A stretch of 64,000 nucleotides of DNA from Psammoneis japonica (taxonomy: Eukaryota), in assembly GCA_008632985.1 (NCBI GenBank), contig QPGO01000286.1, positions 1 to 64,000 of the forward strand. The letters are read 5' to 3'. Position 1 is the stretch's first letter. Every line of letters begins with the position of its first letter. Positions 26,112 to 38,449 of this stretch are shown here, in pieces. Below the pieces are notes generated by a model. That model was given only the letters and a program-made list of their open reading frames with translations. It was not told the origin of the DNA and made no database searches. The position numbers and the translations under genes are program-made.

Positions 26112-29100
26112 CAACCAGGGAAGACAACAGCCTGCGCTCAACAATTGCATTTACTGTGCCAACAGGGCCGCAACTCTGTCGACCCCCGCAAAGCCTTCTG
26201 TGCGGACCTGTCGCGTGTGCTCCAAGAGTTTCGTGCGGAGAACAACCGAGAAGTGATCTTGTTCGGTGACTTCAATGCGGGCTTCTCTTTGGATGCAGAC
26301 TCCCTGGCTGCACTTGCCCAATGCTTCAATTTGTCCGACATCCTGTTCCAAATCCTTGGTGTTTCCGAATTTTCCACATGTGCGAGAGGCTCCAAAAGAC
26401 TGGACCATGTTCTGGCATCTCCAGGAGCTTTGTCTGCGGCTCGCCTGGGCGGGTGTGAGGCATTTGGATGCCGTGTCATGTCAGATCATCGGGCACATTT
26501 TTTGGACTTCGACACGATGGAACTGTTCAGGAACCCGACCGTCGATCTACCTGAAGCTTCCTTTCACGACATTCAGGCTTCTTCCAAACCCCAGGTCACC
26601 TCGTGTTTAACCTCCGCTGGACCCATGCTTGACAGCTGTTCTGTCTTGGAACGATCCACCCAGCTGATCGAGTCTGACACTCCGAATCACGAACTGGCAG
26701 AACGCTTGGACCGAGATCTTCTTCAGTTCTCCCTGGCGTCCGCGAAAAAGTGTCGATCCCAGACGCGTTCCAGCTCTAGGTGGGACCTCGTACTGCTGAA
26801 CTGTGACATCGATAGTTTTTTGGATCGCACCGCATGTCGCGCACGTAGAAAGGTGCGTGACTTTTCTGAAATTTTGTGTCATTTTGTGGCACACTTATTT
26901 ATTGAGCGATCCGTCCAACAACTTTTGACATTTTTTTCTTCTACGCCATTTGTAAATGTCTTAAGAATGGCGTAGGGCAGGCGGATTACCGAAAACGTCA
27001 AGCGGCAATGGTCATAATTGTACCACAAACTTGGTCATTTATTTGATGTTGAAGACAAAAATGTCCATTAATTAAATTCTCGTAATACGGAGCTCGTACG
27101 TAGAATTCTACGGGCCAAATGTCACAAAAAGTCCCACCTAGGACTGGAACCCGTCCCCACCGTGAACCCGACTGGTCGGTCAAGTTGGCAGATCTCCGTT
27201 ACAGAGTGTACATCTTCACTCGTGTTCTTTCCATGATGAGGAACCGTCTTGATCATGTCGCCCAGATCCAGCTGGTGCGTTCAAAGCTGATGGGCTCATT
27301 CTCCATTCCAACGACATTTCATGAATGTCAGGTTGCCTTGCGCAAGGCACAGGCTGAATGCAAGGCAGTTGCAAAGGAGAGCATCGAGCAACGTGAACGG
27401 GAACTGGCAGAGAAGATTGCCAAATTGGACCCAGACGGTGCAGCGGCTGCCCGTAAATCGGCAAAAATTATTCGGAACATGCAGAAGTCAGAAGAAACCG
27501 CCCGGTTGTTTTGCAAGATCAACGTGTGCAAGGCAAAACATGACACAGGAGTCAACAGCGCACAGGTCCCTCGCAACCCGGCCACCAATCCTAAAGAGTG
27601 CGAAGATTGGATCACGATCAATGCCCCAGATGACTTTTCAGCAGCATTGTGTTCTCGGAATCAGCGACACTTTGGACAGGCACATGGCGCACCTCCTGCA
27701 GTTCCTCCCCTGTCCGTGGATCTCGGATGCGAAGGTGACACAGTCATGGCTGACTTGATCTTAGATGGAGAACACGACACATCCTCTCTCAACAACGCTG
27801 CTGCTCTCTTCGTTCAACATCTTCAACGACGTTCACCAGTGTCGGTGTCTAACTTCCTGACTGAATCGGATCTCAAAGGGAAACTCAAGGTGTGGAAGGA
27901 AACTGCATCCACTTCTGTGTTCTTGGGCCTTCATTTGGGACACTGGAAAGCAATGCACGCAGCTCATTCTCATTCAGGCTCCACTGCCCCCGAAGGTGAT
28001 CTCACGTCTGAGTGTCAGCATTTGAATGAAGTTCAACAGCGGCTGATTCGGACTCGCTTGAATTTGTTAAACTGTGCTCTACGTTGGGGGCACTCGCTCA
28101 ACAGGTGGAAGGACATTGTCAACATCATGATTTTCAAAGAGCCAGGAAACAACAAGATGCATCGTCTCCGAGTTGTCCACGTCTGTGAGGCAGATTTCCA
28201 ATTGATGTCCAGTGTGAAATGGAGAGTCTTGGCACAGAACATGGAACACCGTCGTCTGTACAATCCAGGCATTTGCGGGACGCGTCCCTTTTTGAATGCT
28301 CACACACCGGTGCACCTTGAGGAACTTGTGCTTGAGATCAGTGGAGCATCCCAGAAAACTGCGATTCACAGTGATGGAGATTGTACCTCATGCCATGATT
28401 GCAACATTCCTGCTTTAACAGCACTCGAAAGCCGCAGCAACGGCATGCCCAAATCAGCAACTCAGACAGCAAACGCCACTTTACATGATGCAAGACACTG
28501 GTCAAAGACAGTTTGTGGCCTCTCAACATCATCTTGCTCCCATTCGGACGAGTTCCCTGTCTACGGCACTGGCCAGGGCAGCGGAAATTCACCCTTTTAC
28601 TGGAATCAAATTTGCAACAGCTTGTTTTGGCCATTTGACAGTCAAGCTCATGGGGCCTGCTTTGAAACTCCCGACAGGACAGTTTCAATGCGGATGCATG
28701 CCAGAGGGTGTGTTGACGATGCTTCGAATCAAGTGAACGCCTTTTGTGCTGATCCCCAACCAGATGCGCTGGACCTTGTCCCTCGAATGTAGCAAGATGA
28801 TCAGCTGTGGTGCGACCTCCTGGACGCGGCAGGACATGAGCTGGAGCTTCCAAAGTGCTCGTTTCATGCTGTTGAATGGCATTTTACTGCTGATGGAGAG
28901 CCACACCTTCGGGCGTACAATGACGAGATTGACATTGAAATCCACTCCGCCGACAGATCCACCAAAAGATCCAGCACCCAACTTTCCGCTTGTTGCTCCT
29001 CCCACAAGACACTGGGCCATTGCAAATCTCCTGCAGGCACTCAGAAGACTCAGTGCAAAGCACTGAAAACAAAAAGTGACGACATTTCTCTGTTTCTCTG

Positions 29101-31956
29101 GTTGTGTCCATTGGACCGTCATGAGGCATGGACTCACTGCGTGCCACCTGGCCTCCACCACGTGCATCCTTCCGAGTGCACATTTTCAACCGAAGGAATC
29201 ACTTGAGATTCAACGCAAGGCCATGCGAACTACATTTGCCAAGTGCGGCCACAACCGCAACACCAAGCGGGATGTTTCATTCGGACCGCATGCCTTGGGA
29301 GGTGGAGGATTCCGTTCTCTTGACGTGGAGCAGGGTGTCGCTCAATGTTTGCAGTTCCTTCGACACTGGTGCGGAAATGGGCAACCTCATGCTTTGTCCC
29401 ACATTGCAGTGGCGTGGACACAGTTCCAGCTTGGAACAGGGTCAAGTTTTCTGCAAGATGTAAACACAAAACTCCCACACTCCGAGCCCAAATGGTTCAT
29501 GTCAATGAGATCCTTTCTTGCCCGCACAGACGCTCACTTCGAACTGGACTTCACTGGCGTCCTTCCCACACAACGAGAGAATGATCAATGCATCATGGAT
29601 GTGGTGCTGGACTCTAATCTTTTCTTGGAAAAAGAGATCAGGTGGGTGAATTGTTGCAGGCTGTTCCTGCGGGCACTTGCTGTTTCAGACGTCACTCTTC
29701 CCGATGGTCGACATTTGGATGAACTCAAGTTGAAAGGGCAAACTTCCCTTGTGAGCAGCATGTCGTCACTCAATCCAGTCGAACAGGCATGCCCGTCTAC
29801 TCGCACCTGGAAACAATGGAACCGGGCGATGGCTCTGTTGTGCAACGAAGGTGCCTCCATCCTCTGAACCCCTTCAGGTCAATGGACCGTTCCTGCCTCC
29901 AAGATGCGCATGCTTCATCCGGCCTGTTACGAGCGCTCCAAAGAGTTTTTGTGTGTCCGCTCTGATGCGGGTTATCAAGTGTTTCCAGTCAAGGATGCGT
30001 GCGCTGAAACACTTCAGCAGTTGGAAACAGTTCCCGATCTATCCCCATTGGCATCACCTGTCATGGTGGACATGACTCTAGACGGCAGATGGCGAGCAAG
30101 ATCCATTGTGTCCCCAGTGAAGATGCCTCCAACAATTCCCGTCCTCGGTGACTTCTGCAAATGGCTGCGGTCTTTGTCATTGTGGGAGTCAACCCTGTTC
30201 AGTGTGCTTCACATGCATGCATCGGCATTTGAAATGGCGGAGTCCCTTGGGCGCTTCCGTGCAGAAGCAGGGAGTGATGGTTCCGTGTTGCATTTTAATG
30301 GCACCTTTGGCTGGATGCTAGCGGCCAACGGAGTGATTCTGGTGGATTGTGCAGGACCGGGCTTTGGATTCCGACTGTCCTCGTGTCGTGCAGAAGCACA
30401 CGGATTTTTGTCAGTTCTCCACTTTCTTGTTCGAGTGATGGACTTTTGCAACTGTTGTTTTTCACACAGTGTGGTTGCCCATTGTGACAATTCCTCTCTG
30501 GTGCGCAACGTTGCCAACTTTCATTCTCCCCCACCACTTCCTTTGGATGCTGATGATTCACAACGACAACAAGATTTTCATTGTCGGAATCACATCGCTG
30601 ACACGTTGGCGCCGGATTGGGACGTTGTCCACGAGATCTTTGCTTCACTAACAAGTTTGGAGGCCCAATGCAACGGCCATCTTGAAAGCAATGTCGTCAA
30701 CATGAAGTGGATTAAAAGTCATCAGGATGACAACACTCCGTTCGAGTCCCTCCCGTTCCCAGCAAAATTGAATGTTAGAGCCGATGGGTTGGCAGGTTTG
30801 TTTCAGGGTCAATGCACTGGAGACACCTCAATGGCTCCCCAAATGCCCCATTGTCATGCACCACTGAATGTCCAGTCGGCGTTGGTGAACTCGAAATTTA
30901 AATCAGTTCTCCGTTGCAAAGCTTCCAGCCCAGCTCTGATCCAACATGTGCAGGAGAAGTGCGGATGGTCTGACCCAGTGTGCGAATCTATCGATTGGAA
31001 AGTTCATTCCAAACTGATGTCTCGCAACATCCGACGAAAGGTGAGCACCATGAAATTGGTTCAGGATCTGCTGCCGACGAACAAGATTGTCCACAGATGC
31101 AATCCCACACGCCCCGACTGCTGCATGCACTGCCAACATCCCTTCGAAGACAGGGATCACATTCTGTGTTGTGCCCACAATGCATCATGGTGGCACACGT
31201 TCCTCCAAGGATTGCGGAAGAAATGTGACGACACACACACTTCCCTGTCTACACAAGACCTGTTGTTGCATGCCTTGGAAGGTTGGTTCAATGAGGAATT
31301 GCCCCATTCTACCCACGTCCATCACAGTGTCACAGAGCTGTTTCAATCTCAAGACGACATTGGTTGGCGCCACATTTTCAGTGGGCGTTTCTCCTGTCTG
31401 TGGAATGAGGCACAAACGTCACACTTGGAGTCTTCCGGCTTGTGTTGCTCTCCATCCGATAAAGACAAAAGATTAGACTGGGCGGCAACTGTTGGCAGAC
31501 ATGTGTGGTCACAATGGTGGGACTTGTGGGACTCCCATGATGATGCAGCACACGGACACAATTCAGAGACGCGAAAGTCTTCGCAACGACAGGACGCAGA
31601 GGCGGAGGTTAAAGAGATCCACTCTGGGGCAGATGAGCACTTGGCCCGGGAACAAGCAGAGTTGTTTACTTTGGCGGATGAACATCTCACCCATTCCACC
31701 CACAGACTCCGAAACTGGCTCGCCATGGCAAAACCAATGTTCAAGTCGAGCATTTGAGAGGCCCGGCGTCTGGCTGTCAGAGGCACGTGCACCATCGCAA
31801 GCTGCTTTGGCGCGGCATCACCAGAGGGTGATGCCGATCTTGACCAATTGTTGTGTGCTCCTGCTGCACCCAGTGCACTGGGAGTGTGGGTTGGCTTGTT
31901 GCTGGAGTTGCAGGGTGGAAGCGCAGCAGCACTTAAAATCAGAATTTGGGTTTTGT
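26112..31956 (+). mobile_element. 5'-truncated non-LTR retrotransposon ORF2 (APE, RT, RNase H, Zn finger; Ambal-like architecture), disrupted
   Basis: GDFN..RLDHVL..SDHRA (APE), GTGQGSGNSP and GCVDD (RT), SDGS..RAE..HCDN..WIKSHQDD..NVRAD (RNase H). 15-bp TSD TT(G/A)AAATCATTTGCA at 26097-26111 and 31957-31971. Confidence 0.9.
26762..27155 (-). mobile_element. MITE family A, copy 3 (394 bp), inside the LINE
   Basis: TSD CCCA at 26758-26761 and 27156-27159. Removing it restores the in-frame LINE sequence KKCRSHREPDW. Confidence 0.95.
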
Positions 31957-32546
31957 TTAAAATCATTTGCAGCCACAGGCATGGTGCCGGCAGCAGGTGC
32001 ACAGTCTCCCAGCACACAGTCTCCCAGTTCCGGTGTGATTGGCTTTCAACCCCCCAAGTCAAAGGACACAGATTTGGTTCAGATGTTTGACTTCTTTGAG
32101 GGAATTGCTCCTCCTTTCACTTCTGGCAATGGAGTCAGGCATTTGGAGGAGGACACATCGTGGCGTTTGGCGTGGGAGGAGAAGGACAAAAGGGCCCTTT
32201 GTCATTGGAAGCAGCTGATGGACATTGTGGACAAAGTGCTGGTTGAGAACTCAGCACACCCTCAAGTTCCAGTCATTGCCAAGTTGAATGCTTTTTGTGT
32301 CAAAGATTGCAACAAGGCATTGACAACTGCTTTGAAGAAGTTCCCTGAACAACAATGGCACTTTGCCACTCCAGCTGGCAACAGCACAAATCAAGGGGAA
32401 CTGGCCAATGTTTAGAAGTCAATGTGTGTGTTGAGATTTTCTTGAGAGGCTGGTGATGGAACGACAGAGTGCATGAAAGATGATCACATTTGCTTTCTAC
32501 GTTGGTGCCTCTTCTTGCACTTTAAACAAAACCCTTTCGCAGCATT

Positions 32547-33778
32547 TTAAATGAAACCATCCACTGAATCAATTGAAACAGCGCCACTCCAATGAACACA
32601 TTTGAACTCGATGCCAGTGCCATTTAGAATGTCCACCACTTTGACACAGATTTTGCCATCTGGCTTGCCTTGCCCATTCCAAATGTTGTCATTGAGAACG
32701 TTGTGTTTGGCATGAGTGAACCATGTGGCACATTGCGAGGCAACACCACCTGCAGAGTTTTTCTTTGCAACGAACAACTTACAGACCTTGTCAAATTTGT
32801 CACGGTCCTCCTGAGGGACTTGGAAACCCTTGGGTGGGGGGTGCTTCTGATGCGCTGCGATGTGCGCAAACAAGCCCCTCACATTCTTTAGAATGTTGGG
32901 CAGTGCATTGCGGTTTTTCTTCACCTTGCCACCTTCCTCCCACGTGGTCTTGGGCCACTCAATGCTGTCCAGCTTTCTGAAACCAGCAATTGGATCTTTC
33001 TTGGGGGGGCATGTTGAAGGTGCTTGCAGCAGCAGTGGTGGCAGCATTTTTGCCGCCCTTGCCCTTGCCAGCCTTGGCACTGCTTGCAGCAGCAGCAGCA
33101 GCAGCGGCGGCATTTTTGCCGCCCTTGCCCTTGCCAGCCTTGGCGCTGCTTGCAGCAGCAGCAGCAGTGGTGGCAGCATTTTTGCCACCCTTGCCCTTGC
33201 CAGCCTTGGCACTGCTTGCAGCAGCAGCAGTGGCAGTGGCAGTGTTTTTGCTGCCCTTGCCCTTGCCAGCAGCCTTGGCACTGCTTGCAGCAGCAGCAGT
33301 GGCAGTGTTTTTGCCGCCCTTGCCCTTGCCAGCCTTGGCACTGCTTGCAGCAGCAGCAGCAGCAGTGGCAGCATTTTTGCCACCCTTGCCCTTGCCAGCC
33401 TTGGCAGCACCCTCCTTGGCCTTGAGGCACGCAGCATTGCTGGCACTCTTCCTTGTGGGCTCAACGGCAGCATTGGCAGGGGCGGCCTTCCTCTGTGCAC
33501 GCAGAGAGAAAAAGGTTTAAATTAAAAAAAAGCTTTGTTTAAAAAAGGTTGCCGGGCATTTTGTTTGGAACAGGTCACCGCGCGTGTGTCACCGCGTGAC
33601 ACAAGCAAGACAGGAAACAGACCGGTCCAATTGAGATGGACACACACACAAACAGACGTGCCTTGCCATCCGACTTGTTGCTGCCATCAGGAGCAGCATC
33701 CGTCATTGTGGAGTCCCTTGGTGCTTCTTCACTGCTCTCTTTTTCTTTTTGACGGGCAGTCGCCATGGCTGATGCCAT
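32547..33778 (-). pseudogene. Two-exon gene convergent with the Crypton YR, encoding Lys/Gly/Ala repeats and an unknown C-terminal domain
   Basis: Exon 33778-33662 joins exon 33492 onward in phase 0 (donor GCACGT, acceptor CAG), giving RKAAP..TRKSA..(AKAGKG)x6. A +1 slip in the G7 run (33003-33009) separates the C-terminal PKKDPIAGF... frame. Confidence 0.6.
33020..33410. repeat. Six imperfect ~60-69-bp tandem units with variable GCA tracts
   Basis: ttttgcc(g/a)cccttgcccttgccagccttggc(a/g)ctgcttgcagcagc repeated. Confidence 0.9.
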
Positions 33779-34779
33779 GGCGTCGCATCGCATGTCCGGT
33801 GTCGGCAGAGGGCGATGACAAGAGAGACGGTGAGAGGGAGGTGATGGTTTTGTGTCTTTGATGGTTTGATTGGTGTGGGCATTGGATGCGCGAGATGGAA
33901 TCTTCAAGTCGTGGTCAGGCGCACGATGACGTCACATGCAACAAAATCCTGTCTGCACGGAGGGGGTGTCATTCAGCCAGACGGGTCAGTCCGGACTGGG
34001 GCGCGCAGCGCCCACATTGGAAGTGCATCGGAATGAACCGGTCCATGCAGTGGGGGGTGACAAAACAACTGACATTGCACTTAAAACAAATTGAACACAT
34101 TTGTTTAAAAGACAAGTTGTGCGTCATGAAAGTTTTCACACAAATTGTAAAAATGCACTGGCGTTCCTCACCAAAATGACCGCAGCCAAATTGGTTTTCG
34201 GGTGTGCAGTCATTTTGTGCATTTTGTGCAACTGCGCCACCCGTGGGTGCACAGAATTGCCAGCAGCTTCACAGAGCATGAAAATGACCGAAATGATGAC
34301 CATGACCCAAAAAATTAGCCCTCTGTTGAAGAAAAGTGTAACCAGACGCACGCTGGGAATGTGGAGTGCCAAAATGCTGGCCGTTGACGGTTTTTAGAAT
34401 TGCTTGGGGCCACCCACACTCGAGCAGTGGGAGTTCAAAAGCAATGATGAAACCAATGATGACGAAAGCCTTGTTGACAATGCCGATGGGGTTTGCTCCC
34501 CAGTCAAGCATTGCCTCGCTGCACCTTCCAAAGTGGCCTCCCGACCCACCACCGCACACTGAGCCCTTTTTTCTGTGGCATCTCTGTCATGTTGTTTCGG
34601 TTTTCACCATTTTCCTCATTGTCTCCAACCCTTGCGCAATTGCCACGACCCCTTTCCTGCCATTTCCCCCACCCTTGAGTTTCATCCCCTCCTCTTTTGC
34701 CGATTCTTCAACCCACCACAAACAACAGCACAGCCCCTCCCTTTGGCTCCTTTCTCAACCAGTCATTCTCAATTAAATT

Positions 34780-36900
34780 GTGCACAACTGCCTCCCTGAC
34801 ACCCTCAACAGCCCCCTTTGGACCTTTCCCTTCCGAACTCTTCCACGCGATTGCTCTCGTGACATCGGTCGTGATTTCCACAATGGCCCTCTCTCTCCAT
34901 CTTTCCCCCATGACTCCTTTTCTGACACCATTTGCAGCCCTCACGATTTTGATTGTGACACCCCTGACAGCCCGTTTTCGGCAACCTTCCTTCAGGTCAC
35001 CACATCATTTGACATCCCCAACTGCCCCTGCCCCACAACATCATCCCATTCCAGCACCCATCCAACTGTGCTCCACAACCCCTTTCCTTCTCCTTCGACA
35101 CACAAAAAATCAACTCAGTGCATCAACACCCCGACTCCAAGCATCAACCAAGACACCGACTTCGATTTTGCCCTCCGTTCCCTCCTGCACTCTGCCATGT
35201 CTTCCCCACAGGACAAATCTAATTGGCCCTCTCTCCAAGAGAGCATTCAGAACTCCCAAAGCTCCCAGGAATCTCAGTCCTTGCTTCCTGCCCCCACTGC
35301 TCTGCGGACTGCTGTGCCTTTATCTCAACCTTCATCCAAACCTTTGCCTGCGCCCCTGCCCAAATCTCTGCCCCAAACCGCACATGCAACCACCTCTCCC
35401 AGATGTGTTCCAGCTCTGGGTGGGACCTTGCACTGCTGAACTGTGACACAATTGTTTTTTGTCATCCATCGCATGTTTCGCGCACACATTTCTGCGTGTT
35501 CTGTTGTAAAAAATTGTTCCACACTGCCTGTTTTGTGAAGCCAAGGGCTTTCTGTCATCTGCGTTTGTGACAATAAAAATGTGCTGGGTGCATTCTTTGG
35601 TGTCTGAAGAACATGCCCGGGCACACTGCAAAGAATGTGCTTCAAGTGTGGAGGAGGAGATGCTTTCGCAAAATTGCCTCTTTTTCTGTTGGCAATCATT
35701 GACATGTGCATTGCTTGATGATTTTACTGCGGAGCTTGCACGCAGAATTCTGCGGGCCCAATGTCACAAAAAGTCCCACCCAGGACTGGAACCCATCCCC
35801 AACCCGCCATCCCTGGGGACTCTTTCTCTGTTTCCGCTGCAACTGCCGCCCCCTCCACCACCAAAATCTCCGACGACTCCGATGTCTGAATGCAAGTCAA
35901 CACCCCTGCCACCCCTGCTGATCCTGCAACATCTTCCGCCACCGTCAAACTCCTCCTCCAATTCCTGCATCCGTCAGACCCTGCCAACAAGCCCGAACCT
36001 GCCATTGACTCCGATGGAGTCCGAGCCATCATTCAAACCACTCTTGCCACACATGCCACCCGTGAACTTCAGCTGTCATTCAAAACTGTCAACATTGCTT
36101 TCTCCGAAACCAAACGCCACTCCCGCCCTCATCACAACAAATGGGCCTCCCATTTTGAGGTCACCTTTGCCCCCATTCCTTCCATCAAGCCCTTTCACTT
36201 TCATCTTTTCCATGACCAAGTGCTTTGTTTTGCCATGCAAAAATGGCACCTTCACCCACCTTTGCAATTCAAGCACTGCTCAGCCACCTCTGCTTGCCCA
36301 GACTTCCTCTCTTCTGATGCCAAAGACACTCCAACGTCACCCAACCCATGGACCCAATGTGCCACCTTCCTCATTCCAGCCTGCAACTCCTTCACCCAAC
36401 AAGCCCGTGGCATCCCAGCCGGAACAAACCCCAAGACCTGCGGCCAATCCCGACGCACCTGCGAATTCTCACTCGAGAAAATCCATGATCATGTCAAATC
36501 TCTCCTCCCTGCCACCTCCTCTGACCCCAATCTTTCTCTCTTCTCCAAACACAACACCTTCATTGACCATGTCAGCATCCAACCATCCTGCTTTCCTGGT
36601 TTCTCTGAACAGACTTCGAAGATCCCCAAATCGGACGTCTTTTTTCTTGCGACCTCTGCACCCAAAATGTGGACTTCCTTTTTGTCCATCATCAACCCTT
36701 CCAACACACTGCCTCTGATCATCCACATCCTTGGCTTGTCCCTGTCTGTCACACCCTTCCCTTCCTTTCAAAACACACTCTCCATTGCTCAATGTTTGCA
36801 AGCCATCAACAAACAACAGGTGGAAAGCTGCGTCATCGTCACCAGCCGCCTTGATGTCTCCGCACCCTCCGACTGCAACGAGCTCCTTGCTGCACACATT
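34780..36900 (+). pseudogene. C-rich, Tyr-free long reading frame, possibly a retroelement ORF1; interrupted by a MITE and cut off by the Copia gag junction
   Basis: Protein-like ORFs 34780-35401 and 35890-36912. No recognisable motif. Confidence 0.35.
35402..35797 (-). mobile_element. MITE family A, copy 4 (396 bp, divergent interior)
   Basis: GATGTGTTCCAG...CTGGAACCCATC termini; TSD CCCA at 35398-35401 and 35798-35801. Confidence 0.85.
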
Positions 36901-37372
36901 TGTCGGACTTGAGAAGCGCAAAGGCAAGTGGGTCATGTTTGATGCCTCGTTTAAAGTCACGCACGGGATCATGTGGTTTGGGTGGCAACAAGCCAGGAGT
37001 GGGAGCAGATGGTGCTGTGCCCATGGAGAGGGACGCTGCATGCTCGGGACTAAGACGACAGTTGTTGAACTCCTCTTGTGTGAACAATTGAGGGTTGTTG
37101 CCAACATCCGTGCCGCCACATGCTTTTGCTGTGCACAGGCTAATCAACGCAGCTGTCTGTGCTTTGCAACCACGTGGCAAAGGCATTTGATTGGTTCTGT
37201 CGTTGTGCACAAGGGCATCCAATTGCATTGGAGTAAAAGTGAAAAGGTCCTGATGCGAGTCGGTTCCATCAATGTTGAGAGCGGAGCGCAATGGACTGTC
37301 GGCAGCTTGATTCAGAACAGCACCCAGAATGTGCTCGAGGCCATCAATTTGTTGTTTCCTGGTGAGAACCAT
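36900..37372 (-). pseudogene. Copia (CoDi-like) gag N-terminus, truncated
   Basis: DPVRDFKRGIKHDPLAFALLKSDK resembles the diatom Copia gag FKRGIKRD motif and lies downstream of LTR copy 3. Confidence 0.8.
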
Positions 37373-38184
37373 GTTGCAACTGGGTGGGTGTCGGAACTGG
37401 CTGGAGTCGGAGGGTGAGCTTGAAATGACTTGAAACTTGACTTGAATCTTGACTTGATGTCATGGACTGTCTTGAGAGTCAGAAGCCACCGGGCTGTGAT
37501 GTCCCATTCGCAGTCAAGTGCCAAGCTTCCCATCCGGTCTGCAGAGTTGTGCCGGCACGTCCGAACCCGCGGCTGGCGATGCTTTGGGTTGCTTGAGAGT
37601 GGAGCAACGGGTTAAAAACCCCTGCTGACAAGCCAGCCAGAGGTGGACAAGACCTCCGGACCGTTCTTGTTTTATGTCAGTTGGATGACCTGATCAGACT
37701 GGCCAAATCTGGTGCTGTGGAGGGACAAACAAACGTGGGAAATGCACCCTCGCCCCAACGCAGGCTGTGATCACAAATTGCTTCCTCTCACAGTTGTCCT
37801 CGTGCACCCTGCAGGACTGTGGAAGACCAGCAATCCGGCGCAGACATGAGATGGTAGACTTGGAGTGCGTGGAGCAGAGCCAGAGTCAGGGATTTATGTC
37901 GTGTGTGCGTGGACGCGTGCAGATGTGTTGGTGGGATCCGCTGTGAGGAATCCGGAATCTCGGATGTCTGAGAATTCAGGAATTCCTGGCCAAACAAATG
38001 TCCGTTGAATGAACACATCCAACGATGGGAGGTGTCGGATAAATCCAAACGCGCAGATTTAATCCAGCACTCAGCAGTGAAGAAGGTAGACACATGCTTC
38101 CACCGCCAACGGTGCGCGTCGTCGAAAATTTCTCGATTACGATGATGAACGCTCAACGGACAATGAAGAGCAAGGCCGCCAATC

Positions 38185-38429
38185 TGTCAGAAAATGAAGA
38201 TGACTGGGTGGAAGAAAACAACAACTCCTCACTGCTGTCTAAATAGCAGATGAGTCTCCGTGCAGAGACCGTTGCAGGAGCCGAAAGACTGGTGTCGTGA
38301 CATCGGCACTACTGTCATTCTTCTTGTGAGCTCTGTGGCTCGAAAGCAAACTACACATCGCGCGACGCGCGGAACTAAGAGCACACACAATCATGTGTGA
38401 TAAACTAAAATCTTGTTCAAATCCTGTCA
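38185..38429 (-). mobile_element. Copia LTR copy 3 (245 bp), in the 5'-LTR position
   Basis: TGACAGG...TTTTCTGACA, followed by a candidate PBS (gatTGGCGGCC), a leader and gag. Confidence 0.9.
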
Positions 38430-38449
38430 CCCCCTTGCTAGCTTGAGGG

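Larger units (their letters stand above)
23745..32415 (+). mobile_element. Crypton (tyrosine-recombinase DNA transposon; NDC10-like YR plus GCR1_C-like domain), multi-intron, interrupted by a LINE
   Basis: CGES..ADLSDL, GKT..RHRDV..IGALGLYL, HFGR, LGNW..DARCSTKLP, MRVAAGF, VILQDAA. The last exon (31973-32415; GVRHLEEDTSWR, GCR1_C-like) splices in frame to the donor at 26008 once the LINE is removed. Confidence 0.85.

Noticed and set aside
32860..33525. Poly-Cys, poly-Gln and poly-Leu ORFs over the tandem repeat
   Set aside because: Alternative frames of a GCA-rich repeat. Only the Ala/Lys/Gly frame is supported by in-phase splicing.
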